Assembly (NCBI GenBank): GCA_964645535.1
Contig: CAZYCQ010000016.1
Span: 1-28,313 of the forward strand
Source: an uncultured archaeon
Lineage (GTDB): Archaea; Asgardarchaeota; Heimdallarchaeia; Heimdallarchaeales; Kariarchaeaceae
Direction of reading: 5' to 3'
Length of the DNA stretch: 28,313 nucleotides
In this document: positions 9,307-18,189 of the stretch, piece after piece
Position numbering within the stretch: position 1 is the first letter of the stretch
Layout: each line of letters begins with the position of its first letter
The notes under the pieces: generated by a model
The model's input: the letters and a program-made list of their open reading frames with translations, nothing else
What the model was told of the DNA's origin: nothing
The model's database searches: none
Translations under genes and position numbers: made by a program

Positions 9307-10532
9307 ATGAAGGTTTCACAAAGCTGAATGTATGTTTCCACATCATTTTTGGCTTCTTGAGCCAACATTTCAATGGTTTCGGTTTGGGACATCTTGGCTA
9401 GTTTGATTGACTCATCAAAATGATTGTTTGCCTGATCAAAGAGTTGTTTAGCCTCAACATATTCTTCCTTGTCATAAAGCATTATTGCTTTACACAGAAT
9501 TGACATTGCAATATAGAACTCTCTTTGCGCATTAAATGAATCCCTTAGCTCCTTCGTCCCTAATGAACCAATTAAAGCAATTGCCTTGTCGATTTTCTTT
9601 CCTGCCTCCTCAAACTTAATGGCGCTGTTTTCCATGTCATCCATTTTCCGGTAAAATTCATTTGCATCACATTCAATGACCGAAGCTTCCATGACCGTGC
9701 TCATGGAAAGCAGAACTCTTCTATTGTTGGCGTTCAAGGCTAAATGGGCCGCTCGTTCATAGAATTTCATGGCTTTCTTGAAATATCCCTTTGCTTCCTG
9801 ATAATCTCCCTTTTCAGAAAGTTCCGTTCCTTTGTTTCCCAATTCCTCTGCTTTCATGAGAATTCTCATTCGGGTTAGGTCATCTAGTTCATCCTCGATC
9901 TTATCCATTGTTGGCCGCATTTTTCCGTTGATATAGACCGCCTGTCTTATGGCACTTCGACCCTTCATCAGTGATTTTTTGGCCTCAGCAGAAGAATTTT
10001 CCTTCTCAATCTCCGCCCTGTTTTCCCATAGGAGGGCTTCCGTGAACAAGGCTCTTGAATATGCAATAAACGCCCGGAGATTCTCTCCAAGGTCATTTAC
10101 TTGTCTAATTTCGTCATTGAATTTGAGCAATGCATCTGATAGTATTGAATGTCTATGATTGCGATCGGTTATTGGAATGCCTGATGCCAAGAAACTCATG
10201 CCTTCAACTCTGGTGATATAGGCATCACAGAGTTGATCAAGCTTTGTCTTTACCCCTCTAGAATTACGGAACAGCTTGAATTCTCTTATTGCCCGTTGAT
10301 ATCGATCCAAGGCATCCTGATATCTTTGTTCCCAAAAATATATGTCAGCTTCAACAAGAAGAGCCATCCCATCAAAGAAATAAGAGAGAACTTTGGCATT
10401 TACATTGCCTTCTCGACCTTGGTTAAGGTATATTTCCCTCTGTTGCTGAAAATATTTGAGAAACCATGGAAGCGAATCTTCATTTCCGTCATAAAGTTTG
10501 AAAGGAACATCATAATGGTCTTGTTGAAGCAT
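9303..10532 (-). CDS. All-helical TPR/SNAP-like repeat protein
   Basis: Repeated helix pairs (YQDALDRYQRA, DYQEAKGYFKKAMKFYERA, SAIKFEEAGKKIDKA, EYVEAKQLFDQANNHF). Start moved to the ATG at 10532 (MLQQDH) because the ORF-track start overlaps the upstream ECF gene. Confidence 0.7.
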   Translation of the reverse strand: MLQQDHYDVPFKLYDGNEDSLPWFLKYFQQQREIYLNQGREGNVNAKVLSYFFDGMALLVEADIYFWEQRYQDALDRYQRAIREFKLFRNSRGVKTKLDQLCDAYITRVEGMSFLASGIPITDRNHRHSILSDALLKFNDEIRQVNDLGENLRAFIAYSRALFTEALLWENRAEIEKENSSAEAKKSLMKGRSAIRQAVYINGKMRPTMDKIEDELDDLTRMRILMKAEELGNKGTELSEKGDYQEAKGYFKKAMKFYERAAHLALNANNRRVLLSMSTVMEASVIECDANEFYRKMDDMENSAIKFEEAGKKIDKAIALIGSLGTKELRDSFNAQREFYIAMSILCKAIMLYDKEEYVEAKQLFDQANNHFDESIKLAKMSQTETIEMLAQEAKNDVETYIQLCETFI

Positions 10533-10582
10533 CAAATTATCATGGAAACAAAGGTAAATAATTGTTGTGCTGAAATAGTCTC

Positions 10583-12553
10583 TCAATACATGGCTGATAA
10601 CCCCATCAAAAGTATGATTCCAAATGAAAGCAAAAGATCCCGTTGGGAAGGTGGATGAGAATAGCAGATAATTGTACGATGAGGCCCGGACCATCCTCTA
10701 TTTAGAAGAGAGTCCGTCATATGGGCGGATCGATCAATCGCAAGATTGTATGAAGCTACCAAAAGATCCACTGCGAAAACAGCTTGATCCATTATTTTTG
10801 ATCGATTCAAAATCAAGGCTGCCTGATGGACTTCCTTGAAAATTTGCATTTCCGATATGAAGAATCTTGTCTGCCTAAGAGAGGTGCCAAAGACCCATGC
10901 CAATGTTGGTGGCATTCCTATTTTCATGAGGAGATCTGTCATCTCATCAGGGTTCATGTTTGATCCAATCAAATTCATGGCAGTAAAAAGCAATAGCATC
11001 CTGAGAAAAAATGTGAGTTCTGTATTGACTGAGACGTACCTCCATGAAAGAAAAGCATGCAGCACCAAGGAAAGGGTCAGAAAATATCTCAAGTTCCATA
11101 ACATGCTCAAATAAGATTTGATGCCTCCCGATCTCAAAAAGAAAAGAATTGAAATCCCCAATAATGCACCAATTTCCCAAATTGAATTCTGTGCAATCAC
11201 AAATACCGTAAGAAACATAAAAAGAAATACCGGAAGTACATGACCTTCCTTTCTTTCCTTTTCTTTCCGAGATGGTTCCTGATTGTCTTCAACTTTCCTC
11301 AATTTGATCAAGACTTTTCCAGCCTTTGAATCGGTTGCCCATTCCCTTAAATGTTCATCATGTGTTGCAATGATCACGACTTTGGGAGTTTCGATAAGCA
11401 TCTTGTAAAATCTTTTACGATTGTATGAATCCAAGGCAAATGTAGGCTCATCAAGCAAAAGCAGTTCTGCCTGCGAACCGAATGCAATTTGAAGGGATGC
11501 CCATTTCTTTTGTCCCTCCGAAAGCGCAAATATCGGCTTTCGCAACCAATCTTCCGGAAACAATGTTGTTTCAATTCCTCTGAACTTTAATTCCTCTTCT
11601 AGAGTCGGTTTCCGGAAAAAAGCAATGGGATCCTGCGGAACATATATCTTATATGCCTCTGAAATTTGCTGGTTTAAATTCCCACTGAACGCAGGCAATG
11701 AGCCAAATAATGTCAATAAAGTGGTGGTTTTTCCGACTCCATTTCGTCCTTCCAGTACAATGGTGTGATATTCTCCTACAAGGTGCAGATCAGTGATTTT
11801 CTTGCTTCTGCCTATTTCCAAATCTAGATTGAACTGCAATGGTCTTTTAGAAACATGATCCGTATTATGGAAAACTTCCGAAAAATCGTTTTGGACAAGA
11901 TCATTCCCACCCACTCTCCTAAGTTTCCCCTGTTCAATCTTGTATACCTTATCTACCAAATCCTTCAGTTTTTTGGGAAACCTTTGTTCGACGATAACAA
12001 CTGAACTGCCTTCTCTTTTCAAATGGTCAATCATACCTAGAATCAATTCACTATTGTAATCGTCAAGAATTGCAAAGGGTTCATCCATTAGCAGAACCTG
12101 TGATCCCATCTGTCCTACAGTGGCACAGTTTACCATCTGTTTCTGTCCAGTAGAAAGATGCTCTGGATTGTCTTCTGATAGATGTTCCAATCCAAACTTT
12201 GCAAGAGTTTTAGAAACAAGCTTTTTTCTCTTTTCTCTCGGCATTCTCCTGAAACTGAACGGTGTCGCAAGTTCTTCCTTGACTGAATGCGTCAGAATCT
12301 GCGTATTTGGACGCTGGGCAATTAAAGAAACTTCGGTACCCTCGAGCAATGCAATCTCTCCAGTTTCAACCATGATTGACCCGAAATGCCTTCTTGCCAG
12401 TGTACGAAGAAGTGTGGTCTTCCCTGACCCATTCTCCCCTAAAATGAGAATAATTTCGCCTTTCCGAATCGAAAGATTCAAGCCATCCAAAATAGGTTTA
12501 TCTCTATCATACCCTAATTTAATCGATCTACATCGGAATATTTCTTGCTCCAA
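10583..12553 (-). CDS. ECF transporter energizing module: fused ATPase-ATPase-T component (EcfA-EcfA'-EcfT)
   Basis: Two Walker A motifs (GENGSGKTT, GRNGVGKTT), signatures LSTGQKQ and LSEGQKK, Walker B LLMDEP and LLLDEP. C-terminal TM domain has the EcfT/CbiQ features NPDEMTDLLMKIGMP, SLRQ and SLLNRGW. Start proposed at TTG 12553, which avoids overlap with the divergent gene. Confidence 0.85.
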   Translation of the reverse strand: MEQEIFRCRSIKLGYDRDKPILDGLNLSIRKGEIILILGENGSGKTTLLRTLARRHFGSIMVETGEIALLEGTEVSLIAQRPNTQILTHSVKEELATPFSFRRMPREKRKKLVSKTLAKFGLEHLSEDNPEHLSTGQKQMVNCATVGQMGSQVLLMDEPFAILDDYNSELILGMIDHLKREGSSVVIVEQRFPKKLKDLVDKVYKIEQGKLRRVGGNDLVQNDFSEVFHNTDHVSKRPLQFNLDLEIGRSKKITDLHLVGEYHTIVLEGRNGVGKTTTLLTLFGSLPAFSGNLNQQISEAYKIYVPQDPIAFFRKPTLEEELKFRGIETTLFPEDWLRKPIFALSEGQKKWASLQIAFGSQAELLLLDEPTFALDSYNRKRFYKMLIETPKVVIIATHDEHLREWATDSKAGKVLIKLRKVEDNQEPSRKEKERKEGHVLPVFLFMFLTVFVIAQNSIWEIGALLGISILFFLRSGGIKSYLSMLWNLRYFLTLSLVLHAFLSWRYVSVNTELTFFLRMLLLFTAMNLIGSNMNPDEMTDLLMKIGMPPTLAWVFGTSLRQTRFFISEMQIFKEVHQAALILNRSKIMDQAVFAVDLLVASYNLAIDRSAHMTDSLLNRGWSGPHRTIICYSHPPSQRDLLLSFGIILLMGLSAMY

Positions 12554-12572
12554 TAGGAATAGGCGAAAAATC

Positions 12573-12583
12573 CTATAAATTAA
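12573..12583. promoter_or_regulatory. Candidate shared TATA element of the divergent ECF genes
   Basis: CTATAAATTAA lies roughly 20-30 nt from both proposed starts (12553 on -, 12608 on +), the spacing typical of leaderless archaeal transcripts. Confidence 0.4.
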
Positions 12584-12607
12584 ACCGTTCTGTTGCTCAC
12601 TGAAAAA

Positions 12608-13198
12608 ATGGTGGATTTGGTTACTCAAGACGGAATTTTCCTGAAGGAAACAACTCATGCAAGCGAACTTTCGCTTGTTATCCAGCTTGTGGCAGCTTCT
12701 GTCGGGACAAGCTATCTCTTGATTTTTCTCCCAAATGTTGAAACAATTACCTTGGCTATATTTTTCTATGGTTATAGCTTTACCGCCCGCTTTTCTTTCA
12801 AGGCTTTGGTAGCTACGCTTGCGGTGTGGGAAATTGTGGCTAATTTGTCATGGGGTTTTAGTGTGATTGCTTTTCCTTTCAAATTTTTAGGTTGGCTTTT
12901 GATCTATATTTTAGGTATGGCTTCACATCGGTTTTCATTGGATAAACCACTTGAATTTGCCGCAATCGGTGCAGTCGGAACTTTGGTATGGGATCTTGTT
13001 GCCACACTTTCAACTGCTGTGGTTCTATCTACATCTGTGAACGAATTTCTTGCAGTCTATTTCACTTCCTTGATATTGGGTATCCCATTTACAATTGTCC
13101 ATGTAACCTCAAACACCTATCTTTTTTTCATGTTTCCCTATTTGCTGAAATCTGTTGTTCCCCACTTAAAGGGTAAGTACCCGCAATATCTCCGGTGA
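12608..13198 (+). CDS. ECF transporter substrate-specific (S) component, CbrT-like (putative cobalamin/corrinoid)
   Basis: About 6 TM segments; LPNVETIT motif after TM1 and GIPFTIVHVTSN near the C-terminus. Divergent from the ECF A-A'-T gene and followed by a DUF4430 gene. ATG at 12608 preferred over TTG 12593. Confidence 0.72.
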   Translation: MVDLVTQDGIFLKETTHASELSLVIQLVAASVGTSYLLIFLPNVETITLAIFFYGYSFTARFSFKALVATLAVWEIVANLSWGFSVIAFPFKFLGWLLIYILGMASHRFSLDKPLEFAAIGAVGTLVWDLVATLSTAVVLSTSVNEFLAVYFTSLILGIPFTIVHVTSNTYLFFMFPYLLKSVVPHLKGKYPQYLR

Positions 13199-13205
13199 AC
13201 TTAAA

Positions 13206-13625
13206 ATGAATCGAAGAACAGTCTTTTCTCTATTTGTATTGATTTTTATATCTAGTACTCTTACAATTGGTTATATCCTATATTCCCAAGAACTTCAAAA
13301 CAAACCTGCTCAAAATGGCATGATACATGTGGTTCTTGAAATCGATTACTCAGGCATCTTACCATCAGAAACGCATGAAGGGGATTTTGAAATGGGGAAA
13401 TCTGTCTACGAAATCACGTCCCAATACGCTACATTGAAAACCAAGAATTACTCTTCTCTTGGAATCTTTGTGGAAGGTATCAATGGTGTTTTGGGCAATG
13501 TCAACATTAGCAATTACTATTGGCTTTATTATGTAAATGGGGTGTTGGCAGATCGAGCGTGCAATCTCTATTTCCTCCAAGAAAACTCGACAATCACTTG
13601 GATTTATACAAAACCAAGCATTTAA
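13206..13625 (+). CDS. Membrane-anchored DUF4430 (transcobalamin C-terminal-like) domain protein
   Basis: N-terminal TM, then SVYEIT...GIFVEGINGV...YYWLYYVNG...Y.LQENSTITWIY, the DUF4430 pattern. Confidence 0.85.
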   Translation: MNRRTVFSLFVLIFISSTLTIGYILYSQELQNKPAQNGMIHVVLEIDYSGILPSETHEGDFEMGKSVYEITSQYATLKTKNYSSLGIFVEGINGVLGNVNISNYYWLYYVNGVLADRACNLYFLQENSTITWIYTKPSI

Positions 13626-13675
13626 TCAATTTTCGAAGGAATAAGCGGGGGTATGGATAAAAAAAAATATTATTT

Positions 13676-14047
13676 GTGAAATTCTACAACCATTTGATGG
13701 ATGAAGTTGAGCGGAGAAAAATCCGTGAAAAAGCTCTGAAACGCTTCGGTATAAATCACCAAATTGACAAGATGATTGAGGAACTGGGAGAACTCCTCCA
13801 AGCTACCATAAAACTTCGTCAAGCAACAGAAGACGGGCAAATCAAACTTTCTGACAAGAATAGTGCCCTTTTCCAGAACTTTTTGGAAGAACTTGCGGAT
13901 TTTGATGTCATGAGGGATCAAATTGTGCAGGCATTTGAACTGAATTCACCGGAAAAGAATATGTTGGATGAAATAAAAGACATGAAATTGACCCGCTTAA
14001 ACAAGCTTCTTGAACAGACATCCATCTCCGATTTTTTAGAGGATTAG
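13676..14047 (+). CDS. MazG-like all-alpha NTP pyrophosphohydrolase
   Basis: QIDKMIEELGELLQA...EELADFDVMRDQI gives the EExxE...EExD metal-binding pattern. The start could be ATG 13697. Confidence 0.7.
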   Translation: MKFYNHLMDEVERRKIREKALKRFGINHQIDKMIEELGELLQATIKLRQATEDGQIKLSDKNSALFQNFLEELADFDVMRDQIVQAFELNSPEKNMLDEIKDMKLTRLNKLLEQTSISDFLED

Positions 14048-15027
14048 AGAACTCCTTGTGAAGTGATTGAAAACCTCACCTTTCTTGGTTCCAGATAGGA
14101 TGAGGAAATCAATTTTGCTTCGTAATAGCCTGACCTCCCTCTGTTGAGTTCTACTCGTATTCCAGAATTATGTCCCATTATGTTCCCTCCAACCGGTAGT
14201 GTTTCCAATTCTCCATCCAAATCAGAGATTGATGAGACTTGATTTGAATACAATATTGCAATCTCATACTCCTCACCAATCTTCTTGAGCTCATAAAGAT
14301 GAAAATTGAGTAACTGCTGGCGTAACTTCAATAATTTGCTTCCCCAAAGCCTAGCACGGAAAAGATTGGAGATCGAATCCACTATTACCATTCCAACGTT
14401 TTTTTCCTTTTCAAGGATCTGAACCACTTTTTCAATACTTGCAATTTGCTGTTTGAAATCAGTAACCCTAAGAACAAGTATGTTTTCAAGGATGGAATTT
14501 AAATTCCAATTTGGAAACCTCTCAGCCATCATCTGTATCCGCGCAGAATTGAATGATCCTTCTGTGTCGATGAATAGAATTTTACATTCTTTAGCTGCCA
14601 CGGTTGCAATCTGGAAAAGTATTTGTGTCTTTCCACTTCCTGGTGGACCGTAGAATTCAATTAGGTTTTTTGTAGGGATTCCTCCTTCAAATAGCTTATC
14701 AAGGTTTGGCGAACCAGTTGGGAATCTTCTGGATTGCTGAATCTGATTTGCCGGAATGACCTTTAGCTTCTCAGTTTCCTCATTTTTTGAAGCAAAGATT
14801 ATGTTTTCGAAATCTGTGTGCTCGAACTCTCTTTCCAAGATCAGTTTGGCAAAATCCTCAAGTTCCTCTTCCAATCTTTCACGCAGGAACCCCTCAACTG
14901 ATTCATTTGATTGGCTGTTTGCATCACTTCTGACATCTTCTTCTTTTTTCTTTTTTACCTGTTTTGGTTTTTTTTCCTTTTCATCGAAATATTTTTTGAA
15001 CAGGTTCAATTCGCTCAGGTGTTGCAA
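14044..15027 (-). CDS. RadA/Rad51-family recombinase paralog lacking the N-terminal HhH domain
   Basis: TGSPNLDKLFEGGI, EFYGPPGSGKTQ, FIDTEGSF, Walker B VIVDSISNLFR, RQQLL, NQV, PVGGNIMGH. The N-terminal ~90 aa are charged/low-complexity. Start uncertain. Confidence 0.85.
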   Translation of the reverse strand: MQHLSELNLFKKYFDEKEKKPKQVKKKKEEDVRSDANSQSNESVEGFLRERLEEELEDFAKLILEREFEHTDFENIIFASKNEETEKLKVIPANQIQQSRRFPTGSPNLDKLFEGGIPTKNLIEFYGPPGSGKTQILFQIATVAAKECKILFIDTEGSFNSARIQMMAERFPNWNLNSILENILVLRVTDFKQQIASIEKVVQILEKEKNVGMVIVDSISNLFRARLWGSKLLKLRQQLLNFHLYELKKIGEEYEIAILYSNQVSSISDLDGELETLPVGGNIMGHNSGIRVELNRGRSGYYEAKLISSSYLEPRKVRFSITSQGVL

Positions 15028-15060
15028 GGTTTCATTAGATAAATACTTTCCCTTAAAAAG

Positions 15061-15735
15061 TCAAATCTCTTCTTGCTCTTTCCTCATCTTGTTGATAATC
15101 TCATGTAATGCCTTTCTATCTTTCTTGACTTTTTCTTCAAGATATTTGACTCTTTTCTGGTCCCATTCCAGAAGCTCTTTGGAAACTGCCTCAAGAATCT
15201 CTTTGTAAAGAGGATGGTCTATGGTAATCTCGTTCCGTTGATCTGTGTCATTGTCTCCCCATGAAGCAAACCCATCAATCTGCTTGAGACGGTCAACAAT
15301 TTTTCTCACCAACAGATGACGATCTTCGTCAGCGATCTTGACCCGTTCCTTTTTCTCAAATGCGACAACAAACGCAAATTGATGTGTGTCATCAGGACTG
15401 GGTAAATAGACCGAATAGGTGGTCTCTCCAATGGTGAGTTTTATGATAGTACTATCATTGGGATTGGGGTTGAACATGCTTAACCTCTGACTCAGACTTA
15501 AGAATGTTGCACTTATGGTTTCATTTGCAATAGTGAGCCCTTCCTGATGTTGAAATGTTTTCCAAATGGGTAGGCCTACTGGTTTGCCGTTCTTGCATTT
15601 CATGATACACATAAATTCCGGAGCACTTGGCAGACGAAAAGTTAGTCCTGCGGCGCTCTTATTCAGATTTGTCAATGTTTCCGTAAACCGGGTATTTTCG
15701 TCTAAGTCATTGTCCACGATTCTCTGAATCTGCAC
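15061..15735 (-). CDS. Hypothetical protein, possible longin/profilin-like fold with C-terminal coiled coil
   Basis: Hydrophobic periodicity suggests beta-beta-alpha-beta-beta-beta-alpha-alpha (FMCIMKC / VGLPIW / ETISATFLSLSQRL / IIKLTIG / TTYSVYL / FAFVVAF / LLVRKIVDRL / LYKEILEAV), followed by a charged helical tail. GTG start. Confidence 0.5.
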   Translation of the reverse strand: MQIQRIVDNDLDENTRFTETLTNLNKSAAGLTFRLPSAPEFMCIMKCKNGKPVGLPIWKTFQHQEGLTIANETISATFLSLSQRLSMFNPNPNDSTIIKLTIGETTYSVYLPSPDDTHQFAFVVAFEKKERVKIADEDRHLLVRKIVDRLKQIDGFASWGDNDTDQRNEITIDHPLYKEILEAVSKELLEWDQKRVKYLEEKVKKDRKALHEIINKMRKEQEEI

Positions 15736-15856
15736 ACCCTAAAAAACCTCTCTGTCCTGAAACAGAAGCTGAATGCAGAATTGCGAAATTCCGATCCTAT
15801 TTTTCTTTGGACATATGGTAGTTTTTTTTAGGGACTAATAGCATTAATTTTAAACA

Positions 15857-16462
15857 GTGATGTCCAAAGAGTATACGGTAACATTACCAAACAGCGTTGA
15901 AGGGTCGGATAATTTGGAATTTGATGAGCAAGAACGCCAAACTTTGCTTGATATGGTTGAAGACGTTGCAGGTCTAGAGGTCAGAAAAGTAGCAATTCTA
16001 CTTTTGGATCATGATGATGAAGTGACCGATGAAATCCTTGCCGAAGAACTGAATGTTAAGCTTGATGAAATAAGGAAAGCTCTCTACAAGCTCTCTGATC
16101 TGGAAATCGCTTCTTTCAGACGAATTAAGGATAAGGTAAGCGGCTGGTATATCTACTATTGGAGGATTCATCCGGAAAGAATCAATGAAATCGTCCTCAA
16201 AAAACAACGTGCCGTCCATTGGAAAATCCTTGAACGTCTCCAGTACGAACGAGAACACATGTTCTTCTCCTGTGGAAACAATGATTGCTTCAGGATCACA
16301 TTTGATGAAGCTATGGAATATGACTTCATTTGTCCAAATTGTGGAAATCGACTCGAAGATTTTGACAACTCCCGTTTGATAGATATTCTTGAAAGAAAGG
16401 CTGAAGAGCTCCAGCGGATCATTGATGAAAATTCTACCCGCCTTCGTCTAAAGCACCAATGA
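15857..16462 (+). CDS. tfe: Transcription factor E, alpha subunit
   Basis: Winged helix VTDEILAEELNVKLDEIRKALYKL, GWYIYYW, zinc ribbon FFSCGNNDC...TFDEAMEYDFICPNCGNRLEDFDNS. Confidence 0.95.
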   Translation: MMSKEYTVTLPNSVEGSDNLEFDEQERQTLLDMVEDVAGLEVRKVAILLLDHDDEVTDEILAEELNVKLDEIRKALYKLSDLEIASFRRIKDKVSGWYIYYWRIHPERINEIVLKKQRAVHWKILERLQYEREHMFFSCGNNDCFRITFDEAMEYDFICPNCGNRLEDFDNSRLIDILERKAEELQRIIDENSTRLRLKHQ

Positions 16463-16594
16463 ACCACATGATTTAATCCAAACTTTTTTCACTACATGTC
16501 TTTCTTGAATGGCCATAAACTTAAACTATAGGTGGAATGAATGTAGAAAAAAGGGGGGTATTTAAAGGCAAAAATAAAGCAAGTTTGACTAACC

Positions 16595-16602
16595 CTTATA
16601 AA
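16595..16602 (+). promoter_or_regulatory. TATA box upstream of tbp
   Basis: CTTATAAA about 30 nt upstream of the ATG at 16632. Confidence 0.55.
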
Positions 16603-16631
16603 GCGGCAGTTTGTCCTTAATTTGGTAATCT

Positions 16632-17249
16632 ATGAGCAACAGTGAAACTCTTTCTGCTGCGGAAAGGAATAAACGAGATGGCCTAGACTTCAAAATTATC
16701 ATTCAAAACTGTGTTGCTTCCGTCAACCTCTTCACCAACATCGACTTGGTCAGCATCTTTCAGCAACTTATCGATGATGATGAATTGGAGGTGAGCTACA
16801 ATCCTGAACAGTTTCCTGGATTGATTTTGAAAACTAAGAAACCAAAAATTTCATCTCTTGTCTTCTCTAGCGGTAAACTTGTGATCACAGGTGCAAAATC
16901 CGAGGAAATGGTACATGAGGGTGTCTATCAGATGATTGATATTCTGAGATCCGTAGGCACTGTCATTGAGGAAAAACCTGAGATCATCGTTCAAAATATC
17001 GTCGCCTCTGGAAATTTCAATAATAGAACCATCAACCTCGAACTCGCGGCAATGTGGCTTGACCAATCTATGTACGAACCAGAACAATTTCCAGGTCTTA
17101 TTTACCGCCTTAAGAACCCTAAAACCGTTCTTCTCCTCTTTCAAAGCGGCAACTTGGTCTGTACCGGTGCGAAAACAGAAGATCAGGTACATCAGGCGGT
17201 GAGACAAACCTATGATGACCTAGAAGAGATAGAAGGTTTTGATTCCTGA
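16632..17249 (+). CDS. tbp: TATA-box-binding protein
   Basis: Two TBP repeats: IQNCVAS...YNPEQFPGLI...LVFSSGKLVITGAKS and VQNIVAS...YEPEQFPGLIYR...LLFQSGNLVCTGAKT. Confidence 0.98.
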   Translation: MSNSETLSAAERNKRDGLDFKIIIQNCVASVNLFTNIDLVSIFQQLIDDDELEVSYNPEQFPGLILKTKKPKISSLVFSSGKLVITGAKSEEMVHEGVYQMIDILRSVGTVIEEKPEIIVQNIVASGNFNNRTINLELAAMWLDQSMYEPEQFPGLIYRLKNPKTVLLLFQSGNLVCTGAKTEDQVHQAVRQTYDDLEEIEGFDS

Positions 17250-17334
17250 TTTTGATGCACTTTTTAAGATTCATTAAGTTAAACATATTTATGGGCAATA
17301 AATTATCCTTAATGTAAGCGTTGAGGGTTTTTCA

Positions 17335-18147
17335 ATGGATATCGGAACTTTAATATTTTTAGCTATTGTGGCTATACTTTTCTATTATGGGTGGAAAAGA
17401 TGGCAACAACCTTCTACTGATGAACAGTATCAGCAGGCACGAAGACAAAGACTGGCAGTAAGGGACAATGTCCAACATTTCCTTGATTCCGCAAATATAC
17501 TGATTAGACAGGGCAAATATGATGAAGCATCTACATTGTTCCTTCAGGCAGGAAGAATCTTTCAGGCAGCAAAAACCAAAATGTTGAAAGGCCCTCAGGC
17601 TGCGCCTGAAGCCATCGAAATTATCAGGAACAGAATGCCTCTGCAAGTTGAGAAAATCGGAAGGAATCTTGCTCATGAATTTTATTACAACTTGAATCGA
17701 CCTCGAGAAGCCGCTGCCATCCTTAGGGCAATGGGTCTGCATGGAGAAGCAGAAGCTATCGAAGTGGTTGCCGGCATCACCTCGCAATCTACCCCTGAAC
17801 CGATATCCCAGACTCCATCAAGCAAAGTCAATCCTGTCCAAGTCGCTCAATCCGCTCCTGAACCAGTCTCTATTCCTGAACCAACATCTTCTCCCCCATC
17901 TGAAGAAGTCATCGCCGAACCTCCTGAAAAACCAGAAAATATCCCAAATCTTGTGATGACTGCGACATCAAATCTTTCTGAAACATGTGTTGTTTGCAGA
18001 AAAGCCATACGCAATGGCGATGAATACATCTATTGCGTCCACTGTGGCAAACCTGGTCATTCCCGCCATCTGTTTGAATACATGAAGGTAAAAGGAGAGT
18101 GCCCCAACTGTAAACAAAGGCTTAGGGCAAAAATGTATCAGACCTGA
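17335..18147 (+). CDS. N-terminally membrane-anchored protein with helical repeats, Pro-rich linker and C-terminal RING-type zinc finger
   Basis: TM at aa 3-20; TPR-like GKYDEASTLFLQAG; Pro/Ser/Glu linker; C-x2-C-x12-C-x2-C-x4-H-x2-H-x10-C-x2-C at the C-terminus. Confidence 0.8.
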   Translation: MDIGTLIFLAIVAILFYYGWKRWQQPSTDEQYQQARRQRLAVRDNVQHFLDSANILIRQGKYDEASTLFLQAGRIFQAAKTKMLKGPQAAPEAIEIIRNRMPLQVEKIGRNLAHEFYYNLNRPREAAAILRAMGLHGEAEAIEVVAGITSQSTPEPISQTPSSKVNPVQVAQSAPEPVSIPEPTSSPPSEEVIAEPPEKPENIPNLVMTATSNLSETCVVCRKAIRNGDEYIYCVHCGKPGHSRHLFEYMKVKGECPNCKQRLRAKMYQT

Positions 18148-18189
18148 CAACAACAGAAACTATTAAGGGAATCAATTTAGAGATGATGT

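Noticed and set aside
10533-10694. ORF-track N-terminal extension of the TPR protein
   Set aside because: It overlaps the 3' end of the ECF fusion gene on the same strand and has atypical composition; the ATG at 10532 is more plausible.
12554-12658. ORF-track N-terminal extension of the ECF ATPase
   Set aside because: It would overlap the divergent S-component gene head-to-head and cover the likely promoter; ABC homology starts near aa 36-40.
13676-14047. MazG-like gene as evidence of a prophage or defence island
   Set aside because: Flanked by housekeeping genes, with no viral or toxin-antitoxin partners.
16530-16560. ORB element (GGTGGAA...AAAAGGGGGG) between tfe and tbp
   Set aside because: Single copy, lacks the TCCA-x-TGGAAAC dyad, no cdc6 nearby and no evident skew switch at this position.
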